A stretch of DNA of 41,656 bases from Oculatellaceae cyanobacterium bins.114. Lineage in GTDB: Bacteria; Cyanobacteriota; Cyanobacteriia; Elainellales; Elainellaceae. Made by a program: the position numbers and the translations under genes. The notes below the pieces were generated by a model that saw only the letters and a list, made by a program, of their open reading frames with translations, ran no database searches and was not told the origin of the DNA. This document shows, in pieces, positions 17,050-26,322 of the stretch. The DNA lies in assembly GCA_033764315.1 (NCBI GenBank), contig JANRJA010000166.1, positions 1 to 41,656 on the forward strand, written 5' to 3'. Within the stretch, counting starts at the first letter, position 1. The number at the start of each line of letters is the position of its first letter.

Positions 17050-18987
17050 ATGACTAAACGCATTGCTTTAATTAGTGAACATGCCACCCCACTGGGCATT
17101 TTTGGTGGCGTTGATAGTGGCGGACAAAATGTCTACGTGGGTCAATTGGCAAAGCATCTAGCAGCGATCGGGTATGACGTCGATGTGTTTACCCGACGAG
17201 ACCATGAACCCCTTCCAACTGTGGTGGATTGGCAACACGGGGTACGGGTGATTCACGTTCCTGCTGGCCCCCCTACGGCCCTACCAAAAGAGCAACTTCT
17301 GCCTTATATGCGGGAATTCACGGCTTTTATGTTGGATTGGTGTCGGGATCACACGTCCTACGATTTGATCCACGCCAATTTTTGGATGTCGGCTCTAGTG
17401 GCGGCAGAGATTAAACGGGCGATCGCCATTCCCTTTGTGGTGACGTTTCATGCTTTGGGGCGGGTGCGACGATTGCATCAGGGCAAGGCAGATCAGTTTC
17501 CAGATGACCGTTTTGCGATCGAAGATCGGGTGGTACAGGAGGCGGATCACATCATTGCCGAATGTCCTCAAGATCGAGAGGATCTGTTGCAGCTTTATCA
17601 CGCTGATCCCAATCGCATTAGTGTGATTCCCTGTGGGTTTGATACAACCGAGTTTTGGGCGATCGACAAAGTGCGCGCCCGCTTGACTCTAGGCTTGCCC
17701 CCCGATGAACACCTAATTTTGCAACTGGGGCGAATGGTGCCGCGCAAAGGGGTAGATACGGTGATTCGGGGCTTTGCTCACGTCTTAAAACAGCGATCGC
17801 TGCCAGCCCGGTTGCTGGTTGTAGGGGGTGAGGCAGAGGTGCCCGATCCACAATTGACCCCAGAGATTGGACGGTTAACGGCGATCGCACAAGAATTAGG
17901 GGTTGCTCCTCGTGTGACGTTTGTGGGGCGCAAGGGGCGAGAGGTGCTGAAATACTACTACAGTGCAGCAGATGTGTTTGTCACAACCCCCTGGTATGAA
18001 CCCTTTGGCATTACTCCCATTGAAGCAATGGCCTGTGGCACTCCGGTGATTGGCTCTGACGTCGGGGGGGTGAAGTTTACAGTCAAGGATGGTGAGACGG
18101 GTTATCTGGTGCCACCCAACGAACCCGAACGATTGGGCGATCGCCTGTTGCATTTATTAGAAAATCCACAACTGATCAGCTTGTTTGGGAGACAAGCCAT
18201 TCGTCGGGCTCAAGATCACTTCACTTGGGAAAAAGTGACGAGTGCAGTAGCGGCATTATATGAGGAGGTATTGAGCGGTGCAAACGCAGTAGTAGGAGTT
18301 GAGGCCAATCAACTGGCCATTTTGGATCGCGGCTTTGAATCAGTGCTGCGGGCAGTACAGCGATCGCAGCGACTCTTGCGTCCCAGTATTCAGTCAGCCT
18401 CTCAAGCGATGGGCAACTGTTTTTTGCGAGGGGGCAAGTTGTTGATCTGTGGCAATGGCGGCAGTGCAGCCGATGCTCAACACTTTGCCGCAGAACTGGT
18501 GGGACGGTTTTGTTGTCCTCGGCGGGCAGGACTGCCTGCAATGGCACTGACGGCTGACAGTGCGTTTCTCACAGCATGGGCCAACGATGTCAGTTACGAC
18601 GATGTGTTTGCGCGTCAAGTCGAGACGTTTGCAAAGCCGCAGGATGTATTGCTGGGGATCAGCACCAGCGGATGCTCTAAAAATGTAGTTGCAGCCTTTG
18701 AGGCAGCAAAGCGGCTCAATCTCACGTCGATCGCCTTGTTAGGGGGCGATGGGGGTGAATTGCGAACGAAAGCAGACATTGCGATCGTGGTGCCTGCATT
18801 AGAGACGCAACGCATTCAAGAAGTGCAGTTATTGGTGATTCATCTGCTATGTGAGTTGGTGGAGGAACAACTGCTGACAACTCGTTCGAGCGATTTTGAG
18901 CGACTGAGCAATTGGGAGCAAGGTTACGAATTTGACGAGTTTGAAGTGATAGAAGAAACAGCAGCGATCTTGGGAAATCGGGGATAG
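17050..18987 (+). CDS. Fusion of an MshA/SPS-like GT4 glycosyltransferase and a SIS-domain phosphoheptose isomerase (GmhA)
   Basis: ISEHATPL...DSGGQNVYV, GRMVPRKG, YEPFGITPIEAMACG; then CGNGGSAADAQHFAAEL, NDVSYDDVFARQV, GISTSG, RIQEVQ. Confidence 0.92.
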   Translation: MTKRIALISEHATPLGIFGGVDSGGQNVYVGQLAKHLAAIGYDVDVFTRRDHEPLPTVVDWQHGVRVIHVPAGPPTALPKEQLLPYMREFTAFMLDWCRDHTSYDLIHANFWMSALVAAEIKRAIAIPFVVTFHALGRVRRLHQGKADQFPDDRFAIEDRVVQEADHIIAECPQDREDLLQLYHADPNRISVIPCGFDTTEFWAIDKVRARLTLGLPPDEHLILQLGRMVPRKGVDTVIRGFAHVLKQRSLPARLLVVGGEAEVPDPQLTPEIGRLTAIAQELGVAPRVTFVGRKGREVLKYYYSAADVFVTTPWYEPFGITPIEAMACGTPVIGSDVGGVKFTVKDGETGYLVPPNEPERLGDRLLHLLENPQLISLFGRQAIRRAQDHFTWEKVTSAVAALYEEVLSGANAVVGVEANQLAILDRGFESVLRAVQRSQRLLRPSIQSASQAMGNCFLRGGKLLICGNGGSAADAQHFAAELVGRFCCPRRAGLPAMALTADSAFLTAWANDVSYDDVFARQVETFAKPQDVLLGISTSGCSKNVVAAFEAAKRLNLTSIALLGGDGGELRTKADIAIVVPALETQRIQEVQLLVIHLLCELVEEQLLTTRSSDFERLSNWEQGYEFDEFEVIEETAAILGNRG

Positions 18988-19017
18988 AGACACGTTGAGA
19001 TGCCAATTTTCTACATG

Positions 19018-19052
19018 ATCCCCCCAAATCCCCCTTAAAAAAGAGGGTTAGG
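19018..19052. repeat. Partial cyanobacterial CCCCCTT-N-AAGGGGG type palindromic repeat
   Basis: ATCCCCCCAAATCCCCCTTAAAAAAGAGGG; related fuller copy at 39664-39749. Confidence 0.5.
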
Positions 19053-19100
19053 AATGATTACTCAATACATTTTTGAAATTCAACTCAGGGAGAAGCTGAC

Positions 19101-19829
19101 ATGACCGAATTATTGAATGGCAAAGTGGCTCTCGTCACAGGAGGTGGACGAGGCTTAGGAGCCGCCATCTGTGAAACGCTAGCAGAAGCAAAAATGGTAG
19201 CAATCGTGGCTGATATTCAGGTAGATCTGGCAGAACAGGTGGCAGAACAGCTGCGATCGCGCGGATTGGAGGCTCTGGCACTGCCGCTGGATGTCACCAA
19301 TGAGCAGCAAGTAGAAGCCGTAGTCCAAAAAATCGTGGATCAATTTGGACACATTGATGTGTTAGTAAACAATGCCGGAACAGATGTCACGCTTCCGGTC
19401 GAAGAGTTGGCGATCGCCGATTGGGATCGAGTCATGAGTGTGAACTTACGGGCACCGTTCATTCTCGCTAAAACCGTGATGCCCTTGATGAAATTACAGA
19501 GACATGGGCATATCGTCAACATTGCCTCAACTGCCGCTAAACGAGTTTGGGCAAATGCCTCGGTCTATCACGCTAGCAAGTGGGGATTGATGGGCTTGAG
19601 CCATGCTCTGCATGTCGAAGCTCGTCCACATGGAATCAAAGTCACAGCAGTTGTAGCAGGTGGCATGAGAACTCCGTTTTTGCTAGACCGCTTTCCAGAC
19701 ATTGATCCTGGTGTCTTGCAAGACCCCAAAAACGTCGCTGAAACCGTTCGTTATGTCTTAACACAGCCTGCGGAAACGGTGATCCCAGAAATCATGGTCA
19801 TTCCCATGAGAGAGGGGTCATGGCCTTAA
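19101..19829 (+). CDS. Classical short-chain dehydrogenase/reductase (SDR)
   Basis: TGGGRGLG, NNAG, IAS, YHASK; 242 aa. Confidence 0.93.
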   Translation: MTELLNGKVALVTGGGRGLGAAICETLAEAKMVAIVADIQVDLAEQVAEQLRSRGLEALALPLDVTNEQQVEAVVQKIVDQFGHIDVLVNNAGTDVTLPVEELAIADWDRVMSVNLRAPFILAKTVMPLMKLQRHGHIVNIASTAAKRVWANASVYHASKWGLMGLSHALHVEARPHGIKVTAVVAGGMRTPFLLDRFPDIDPGVLQDPKNVAETVRYVLTQPAETVIPEIMVIPMREGSWP

Positions 19830-19879
19830 GACAGGAAGTGAGAGGGTGCAAGGCTAAAAGGGTGGAGTAAAAGGTAAAG

Positions 19880-20536
19880 ATGAGCAGACGAGCTGTATTT
19901 TTAGACAAAGATGGAACCTTAATTCACAACGTTCCCTACAACGTTGATCCTGACAAGATTGACCTGACAGACGGGGCAGCGATCGCCCTACAACAGATGC
20001 ACGCAGCTCAATATGCTTTGATCGTTATCACCAATCAATCAGGCGTGGCGCGAGGTTACTTTCCTGAGACCGCTCTAGCAGCCGTAGAACACCGATTACA
20101 CGAGCTATTTGCCACCGTTGGCGTGCCTCTAACGGGCTTTTATTACTGCCCTCACCATCCCCAAGGCAACATTCCGTTTTATAGCATCGAGTGTGATTGT
20201 CGCAAACCCAAGCCGGGGTTAATCTACCAGGCCGCCCAAGAGCACAAGATTGACCTGACGCAATCCTGGTTTATTGGCGATATTTTGCATGATGTAGAGG
20301 CAGGACGAGCGGCTGGCTGTCGCACTGTGTTGCTCGACAACGGCAACGAAACAGAATGGGAACTGTCTCAAACCCGTTTGCCCCATCATCTGGTCACTGA
20401 TTTGGCTGAGGCGGCTCGACTCATTGTGGCGATCGATCACCCTTTTGATCGCCCGTCGTCCATTGCCTCACGCGCTAGATTGCTCGAAGCGAACCCTGAG
20501 ATTCAGTTGCTCATGGAGGTGAGGCATGGAGGCTGA
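19880..20536 (+). CDS. gmhB: D-glycero-D-manno-heptose 1,7-bisphosphate phosphatase (HAD IIIA)
   Basis: FLDKDGTL, ITNQSGVARG, YCPHHP, CDCRKPKPG, IGDILHD; lies between the gmhA fusion and hldE. Confidence 0.9.
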   Translation: MSRRAVFLDKDGTLIHNVPYNVDPDKIDLTDGAAIALQQMHAAQYALIVITNQSGVARGYFPETALAAVEHRLHELFATVGVPLTGFYYCPHHPQGNIPFYSIECDCRKPKPGLIYQAAQEHKIDLTQSWFIGDILHDVEAGRAAGCRTVLLDNGNETEWELSQTRLPHHLVTDLAEAARLIVAIDHPFDRPSSIASRARLLEANPEIQLLMEVRHGG

Positions 20537-22040
20537 CCTGATCCGTCTGGTGAATGCATGGTCATCGCTTAGCGTTCTTGTGATTGGCGATGTCATGCTG
20601 GATTGTTATCTCAACGGCACGGCCCACCGTCTCTGTCAGGAAGCCCCTGTTCCCGTGGTAGCGGTGAACCAACGCCAAGATTTTCCGGGTGGAGCCGCCA
20701 ATGTGGCCGCTAATGTGGCGAGTCTAGGAGCAACGGTGCGTTTGGTATCGGTCATAGGTGACGATGTTGAGGGCGATCGCCTGCGACAGGCATTAGCGCA
20801 CAACCAAGTAACCACGGCTGATGTGTTCATCACCCCCACTCGCACTACATTGGCAAAACAGCGAGTCTTAGCAGCCGATCAATTGCTCGTGCGCTTTGAC
20901 CAAGGCAGCACTGAAGCGATCGCCCCTGACCTGGAAGATGGGGTCATTGAACATCTCACGGCTGAGTTTGCCAGGTGTGATGCTGTCATCGTGTCGGATT
21001 ATGGGTATGGCATCCTGACTCCACGCATCATTCAAACCCTAGCCAGTCTGCAAGCCCGTTATCCTTGTGTGCTGACGGTAGATTCTAAGCGATTGTCAGC
21101 CTACCAAAAGGTAGGTGTGACCTTAGTGAAACCCAATTACACCGAGGCGACCCAATTATTGGGAATCCCGCAACAATCCGAGCATCGAGTCGAACAAATC
21201 ACCGCTTGGGGCGATCGCCTGTTAGCTCTAACCGGAGCCGATACAGTTGCTGTGACATTAGATGCCGAAGGAGCCGCAATATTTCAGTTGGGGCAATCTC
21301 CCATCCACACCCCTGCTAAATCTGTTCCAGCTCAGCAAACATCGGGTGCTGGAGATACCTATATCAGTGCTTTTACGTTGTCATTAGCAAGCGGCGGAAC
21401 TGTGGCGATCGCCTCTTCCATCGCGGCAGCAGCGACGGCGGTTGTCGTACAACAAACGGGTACAACCCTCTGTTCAGCCACGGCATTGCGTCACACATTT
21501 ACGGTTCCATCCCAAACCGCTTTATCCCAAACAAATTCATCAAAAACAAATTCATCTCAAACAATCAAAATTATCAGCGATCGCACCACTCTCTCTAGCT
21601 GTGTGCAACAGCTTCATGCCGCCGATCGACGGATTGTATTGACCAATGGCTGCTTTGACATTCTCCATGCGGGTCATGTCTCGTATCTAGCACAGGCAAA
21701 GGCTTTGGGCGATGTGTTAATCGTTGGGGTTAATGTAGATGAGACGGTGAGACACCTCAAAGGCAGCGATCGCCCAGTGAATGCTCTCCCCGATCGTCTG
21801 GCCGTGTTAGCCGCCTTGGAGTGTGTTGATTACTTGGTGCCCTTCACAGAATTAATGCCCCATGCCTTGATTCGGGCAATCTGTCCAGCGGTGTTTGTGA
21901 AAGGCGGCGACTACACCCGCGACACCCTGCCAGAAGCGGCTTTGGTCGAAGAATTGGGCGGTCAGGTGCAGATTTTGCCCTACGTTAGCGATCGCTCCAC
22001 CACAAAACTCATTCACCACATCTTGACTACCCATGCTTGA
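20526..22040 (+). CDS. hldE: Bifunctional heptose 7-phosphate kinase / heptose 1-phosphate nucleotidyltransferase
   Basis: IGDVMLD, EAPVPVV, GGAANVA, SDYGYG, KPN, SGAGD (PfkB kinase); TNGCFDILHAGH, KGGDY, RSTT (RfaE-II). Confidence 0.93.
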   Translation: MEADLIRLVNAWSSLSVLVIGDVMLDCYLNGTAHRLCQEAPVPVVAVNQRQDFPGGAANVAANVASLGATVRLVSVIGDDVEGDRLRQALAHNQVTTADVFITPTRTTLAKQRVLAADQLLVRFDQGSTEAIAPDLEDGVIEHLTAEFARCDAVIVSDYGYGILTPRIIQTLASLQARYPCVLTVDSKRLSAYQKVGVTLVKPNYTEATQLLGIPQQSEHRVEQITAWGDRLLALTGADTVAVTLDAEGAAIFQLGQSPIHTPAKSVPAQQTSGAGDTYISAFTLSLASGGTVAIASSIAAAATAVVVQQTGTTLCSATALRHTFTVPSQTALSQTNSSKTNSSQTIKIISDRTTLSSCVQQLHAADRRIVLTNGCFDILHAGHVSYLAQAKALGDVLIVGVNVDETVRHLKGSDRPVNALPDRLAVLAALECVDYLVPFTELMPHALIRAICPAVFVKGGDYTRDTLPEAALVEELGGQVQILPYVSDRSTTKLIHHILTTHA

Positions 22041-23157
22041 CTGGAACACCGCCCAAAACATCCTTTGCATCCGCTTAGACACGATTGGCGACGTGATCAT
22101 GACCACACCCGCCATGCATGCCCTCAAAACAGCACACTCCGATCGGCGCATTACGCTGATGACCTCTTCGGCTGGAGCCGCGATCGCCCCACTCATCCCT
22201 GATCTGGATGATCTGATTGTGTACGACTCTCCCTGGCTCAAGGCAACGGCTCCACGGGTGGATAGCACACCGGAATACGATATGGTCGAGCAACTGCGGC
22301 GATCGCAGTTTGATGCAGCGGTAATTTTTACGGTCTACAGTCAAAATCCATTACCATCCGCTTTTTTGTGCTATATGGCAGGGATTCCGCTACGGTTAGC
22401 CCACTGTCACGAAAATCCCTATCAATTGCTGACCCACTGGATCAAAGACCCAGAACCAGAGCAATTGACTCGCCATGAAGTGCAACGACAGTTAGATTTA
22501 GTCGCCAGTGTGGGGTGTCGAGGTGGCTTGGATGAATCGGACAACCGGATGCGGTTACAGGTTCCACCGGAGGCATTAGCGCAGGCTGAGCAAAGGTTAG
22601 CCGACTTGAGCATTGACCGCGATCGCCCCTGGATTCTACTCCATCCGGGAGCAACCGCTCCTTCACGACGCTATCCCCCCGAAGGGTTTGCAGTAGTGGC
22701 TCGACAGTTGGTGCAGGCAGGAGTGCAGGTGATTTTTACAGGCACAAAACCAGAAGTGGAGTTAATTGAGTCAATTCGTTTTCTGATGAGTGCTCCATCC
22801 CATTCACTGGGCGATCGCCTGTCTCTCAGCGAGTTAACAGCTCTCCTCTCATTGGCTCCACTGCTGGTTTCTAACAATACAGGGCCAGTTCACATTGCCG
22901 CCGCCGTTGGAACGCCCATCGTGGACTTATACGCCCTCACAAACCCTCAACATACTCCCTGGGGCGTGCCCAATCGCGTCTTATTTCACGATGTGCCCTG
23001 TCGCATATGTTACAAGAGCATTTGCCCTGAGGGACATCATCACTGCTTACGTTTAGTTGAGCCAGAAAGAGTTGTCAATGCTGCTTTAGAACTATTACAG
23101 ACGCCAAGACAAGATTCATCGAGCGAAACGATTTTACTAACCCAATGTTTGGTATAA
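22033..23157 (+). CDS. Glycosyltransferase family 9 (WaaF-like)
   Basis: IRLDTIGDVIMTTPA, LHPGATAPSRRY, SNNTGPVHIAAAVG, C-terminal CRIC...CP...HHCL. Confidence 0.93.
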   Translation: MLDWNTAQNILCIRLDTIGDVIMTTPAMHALKTAHSDRRITLMTSSAGAAIAPLIPDLDDLIVYDSPWLKATAPRVDSTPEYDMVEQLRRSQFDAAVIFTVYSQNPLPSAFLCYMAGIPLRLAHCHENPYQLLTHWIKDPEPEQLTRHEVQRQLDLVASVGCRGGLDESDNRMRLQVPPEALAQAEQRLADLSIDRDRPWILLHPGATAPSRRYPPEGFAVVARQLVQAGVQVIFTGTKPEVELIESIRFLMSAPSHSLGDRLSLSELTALLSLAPLLVSNNTGPVHIAAAVGTPIVDLYALTNPQHTPWGVPNRVLFHDVPCRICYKSICPEGHHHCLRLVEPERVVNAALELLQTPRQDSSSETILLTQCLV

Positions 23158-23218
23158 ACCGAGCGTTGAAAATCTTCTTTTTGGGTACATGACGCGATCG
23201 CTAACACCTTCTATAAAA

Positions 23219-23261
23219 CTTTTTTCTCTCTTCTTTTTTTCTTTTTCTCTCTTCTTTTTTT
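23219..23261 (+). repeat. Pure-pyrimidine tandem duplication (22 + 21 nt) immediately before the GT2 start codon
   Basis: CTTTTTTCTCTCTTCTTTTTTT then CTTTTTCTCTCTTCTTTTTTT then ATG. Confidence 0.8.
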
Positions 23262-24062
23262 ATGATTGATATTCTCATTCCCACCTATTGTCGTCCGGCA
23301 GCATTAGCCGTGACTCTGACGAGTCTATGTGCCCAAACCTATCGTAATTTTCGTATCATCATTTCCGATCAAACTGAAGACAGCAGTGCATTTGAGAGTG
23401 GTGAAGTGCAAGCAGCCCTGCGAGTATTGCAAGCACATGGGCACGAGGTTAAGCCGCTCAAACATTTACCTAGACGAGGTCTAGCAGAACATCGGCAATT
23501 TTTACTCGATCAGGCGATCGCCCCCTACGCTTTATTTCTCGATGACGACCTGATTTTAGAACCCTGGGTGGTAGAGTGTTTGCTCAACACGCTGCAAACA
23601 GAGCAATGTGGTTTTGTCGGGTCAGCGGTAATCGGTTTGAGTTTTCACGAGGATATCCGTCCCCATCAGCAAATTCTGGAGTTTTGGGAGGGTCCGGTTG
23701 AACCCGAAATCGTTCGCTCTGGCACTCCGCAATGGGAGCGGTACAAGCTTCACAATGCCGCCAACCCCTATCATGTGCAGCAACAGCTCAACCTGACTCC
23801 TGATCAGCCTCGCACCTATCGGGTTGCCTGGATTGGCGGTTGCGTGATGTATGACACAGTTAAGTTGCGTCAGGTCGGCGGATTTGAGTTTTGGCGTGAC
23901 TTACCCCCCAATCACTGTGGCGAAGACGTGTTAGCTCAGTTGCGTGTCATGGCGACCTTTGGCGGCTGTGGTGTATTGCCTTCTGGCGTGTATCACCAGG
24001 AGTTACCCACCACCATTAGCGATCGCAGCATAGACGCTCCCCAGTTATTGCCAGTGGTATAG
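23262..24062 (+). CDS. Glycosyltransferase family 2
   Basis: ILIPTY, IIISD, FLDDD, VGGF, GEDV GT-A motifs. Confidence 0.9.
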   Translation: MIDILIPTYCRPAALAVTLTSLCAQTYRNFRIIISDQTEDSSAFESGEVQAALRVLQAHGHEVKPLKHLPRRGLAEHRQFLLDQAIAPYALFLDDDLILEPWVVECLLNTLQTEQCGFVGSAVIGLSFHEDIRPHQQILEFWEGPVEPEIVRSGTPQWERYKLHNAANPYHVQQQLNLTPDQPRTYRVAWIGGCVMYDTVKLRQVGGFEFWRDLPPNHCGEDVLAQLRVMATFGGCGVLPSGVYHQELPTTISDRSIDAPQLLPVV

Positions 24063-24072
24063 GGGAGACATC

Positions 24073-26181
24073 ATGAGAGAGATTCGGCACATTCTATTTG
24101 TTGAGCTACTAGGCGGCATTGGCGATCTGTTAATGGCACTGCCTGCCATTCATGCAGTAGGGCGATCGCATCCTCAAGCGCGGCTGACAGTGCTAACGTT
24201 TGCTCCCGGAGGGGAGTTGCTGCAGCATGATCCATTGGTGCATCGAGTGGTGGTTGCACCCAGAGGACAGGCCCGTTTCACATTGGATGGGCTGTTGCTG
24301 GGTGAACAGTTTGACCTGATTATCTCAGATACCAATTACGATGGCATAGCAGATGCCATTCATGACTATCAGGCGCGATTACCCATTGCTCCCATCATAG
24401 TGACGAATCTGTGGCGATCGCCCCCACCGGATCAGCGAGTCTCCGACCGATTTTTAACCGTGTTATTAGCGGATGGTGTAATTCAGTTAGAGGCTGTCAC
24501 ATGGAATCAACCCTATTTATATCTCACTGCAACAGAGCGGGCGATCGCGCGTCAGAAACTGGGGGCTGCTTACCGTCCACTGGTGGTGCTCTGCCCTGAT
24601 GCGGGTATGGCCATCAAACGCTGGGCACCTCACCACTTCATCACCGTTGGTAAAGCGTTGCAACAGCAATATGGAGCCACAATCATCGTTCCAGTGGGTT
24701 CAGATGTCGATCAGGCAATGGCGGTCGCCACAGGAATAGGTGGCACCGCTCAAGTCTGGCAATCCGGATCGCTACGGAGCCTGGCAGCGATGTTAGCAGA
24801 AGCAGATTTGGCGATCGCCGCCGATACGGGGCCAGCCCGGATTGCAGCAGCTCTGCAAGTACCTACAATTACCCTATTTGGTCCCTCATGGCATGGACGC
24901 TATGGGCAACCTGATCCGCACCTCAATTTGCAAGGTTTTCTAGAGTGTCCAGAGCGCAATATCAACAACTTTACCGAGCAAGCCTGTTGGTATAGCGGAC
25001 AGTGCCCGTTTGAGTGGAGCACCTGTCTGGAAGACATTTCACCAACCAGTGTGGTAGAAGCGGCAATACGGTTGCTGCATTCACAAGAAACACAACCATT
25101 TTCAAATGTGATTCATCTCAAGGCACAACCGACCGCGTTAGCCTCTCATTGGCAGTCAGTGCAAAATTTGCTCGTGATGCGACTCGATAACATCGGTGAT
25201 GTGATCATGACTAGCCCTGTGTTGCGATCGCTCAAACAAAACTTACCCAATGCCAAGCTGACCTTGATGGCAAGCCCTGGTGGTGCGTTGACTGAACCGC
25301 TGTTGCCCTGGGTAGATGAGGTGTTGCCGTGGCGGGTGTTGTGGCAAGATTTGGGGAAGCTGGACTTCAACCCCGATCGCGAATGGGATCTGATTGAAAC
25401 CTTGAGTCAGCACAAATTTGATGCGGCAATTATCCTCACCAGTTTTAGCCAAAGTCCTCATCCGGCTGGATTGGTCTGCGCTCTGGCTGGCATTCCCCTG
25501 CGTCTAGGAGAGTCGAAGGAGCAGGATTTAGGCACACTAACCCACGCCATCCCTCCTGCCCCAGATGACTTGCATCAGGTTGAACGCAATTTGAGACTGA
25601 TCGAATCGGTAGGTTTTAAAGTGAGCGATCGCGGTTTGGCATTGCATATCCCGGTGATCTCTCCTCTACGAAGAATAGAACCTTTTCCCTATCTGGTCTT
25701 GAACCCCTGGACAAGTTGCCCATCGCGCAATTATTTCAGCGATCGCTTTGCTCATGCGGCTCGACACCTGAGCCAGATGATGGGTTGGTCGGTCGTTGTT
25801 ACCGGAGTCGAAAAAGATCAAGATCGCGCCCATGAATTGTTAGATTACTTAGGTGAGCACTTGGGCGATCGCGCCATTGACTTAATCGGCAAAACTAGCC
25901 TACCAGAACTGGTGGCGTTAATCGCTGAGGCAAAACTGGTGCTGAGCAATAACACCTCAACAATGCACATTGCCGATGCAACCGGAACTCCCAGCGTCAT
26001 TCTCTTTGCGGGCACAGAACTAGAGCGACAGTGGCAACCGCGTTACAGTCCCACTCGATTATTGCGCCGCCCAACGGTGTGCAATCCCTGCTATACGTTC
26101 AACTGCCCCCATCAGTTGCAATGCCTGGATATTTCCTCAGAGGCCGTTGTAACCGCTGCATTGGAGCTATTAAAAGAGTGA
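24073..26181 (+). CDS. Tandem double GT9 glycosyltransferase (702 aa)
   Basis: Unit 1 ELLGGIGDLLM...ADTGPARIAAAL; unit 2 from about 25150 MRLDNIGDVIMT...SNNTSTMHIADATG; each ends in a Cys cluster. Confidence 0.92.
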   Translation: MREIRHILFVELLGGIGDLLMALPAIHAVGRSHPQARLTVLTFAPGGELLQHDPLVHRVVVAPRGQARFTLDGLLLGEQFDLIISDTNYDGIADAIHDYQARLPIAPIIVTNLWRSPPPDQRVSDRFLTVLLADGVIQLEAVTWNQPYLYLTATERAIARQKLGAAYRPLVVLCPDAGMAIKRWAPHHFITVGKALQQQYGATIIVPVGSDVDQAMAVATGIGGTAQVWQSGSLRSLAAMLAEADLAIAADTGPARIAAALQVPTITLFGPSWHGRYGQPDPHLNLQGFLECPERNINNFTEQACWYSGQCPFEWSTCLEDISPTSVVEAAIRLLHSQETQPFSNVIHLKAQPTALASHWQSVQNLLVMRLDNIGDVIMTSPVLRSLKQNLPNAKLTLMASPGGALTEPLLPWVDEVLPWRVLWQDLGKLDFNPDREWDLIETLSQHKFDAAIILTSFSQSPHPAGLVCALAGIPLRLGESKEQDLGTLTHAIPPAPDDLHQVERNLRLIESVGFKVSDRGLALHIPVISPLRRIEPFPYLVLNPWTSCPSRNYFSDRFAHAARHLSQMMGWSVVVTGVEKDQDRAHELLDYLGEHLGDRAIDLIGKTSLPELVALIAEAKLVLSNNTSTMHIADATGTPSVILFAGTELERQWQPRYSPTRLLRRPTVCNPCYTFNCPHQLQCLDISSEAVVTAALELLKE

Positions 26182-26244
26182 TGGAACAGAAAGCAAAAAG
26201 CGAGAGAACCTCTACTTCCTGCTCCCACTCCCCTATACATCGAC

Positions 26245-26260
26245 TCCCTCTTTTGACAGT
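26245..26260 (+). promoter_or_regulatory. Shared palindrome upstream of gor (possible internal promoter)
   Basis: TCCCTC-TTTT-GACAGT in the 141-nt gap; only a weak -10 (CACTAT) nearby. Confidence 0.45.
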
Positions 26261-26322
26261 GGTTCAGGTGAGTCAATCAACACTATTACAGAAATGGCGA
26301 TTATAGCTGGGCGAATAGAGCA

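Noticed and set aside
21528..21564. 15-bp tandem repeat (about 2.5 copies) in hldE encoding QTNSSKTNSSQT
   Set aside because: In-frame expansion in the interdomain linker; probably neutral.
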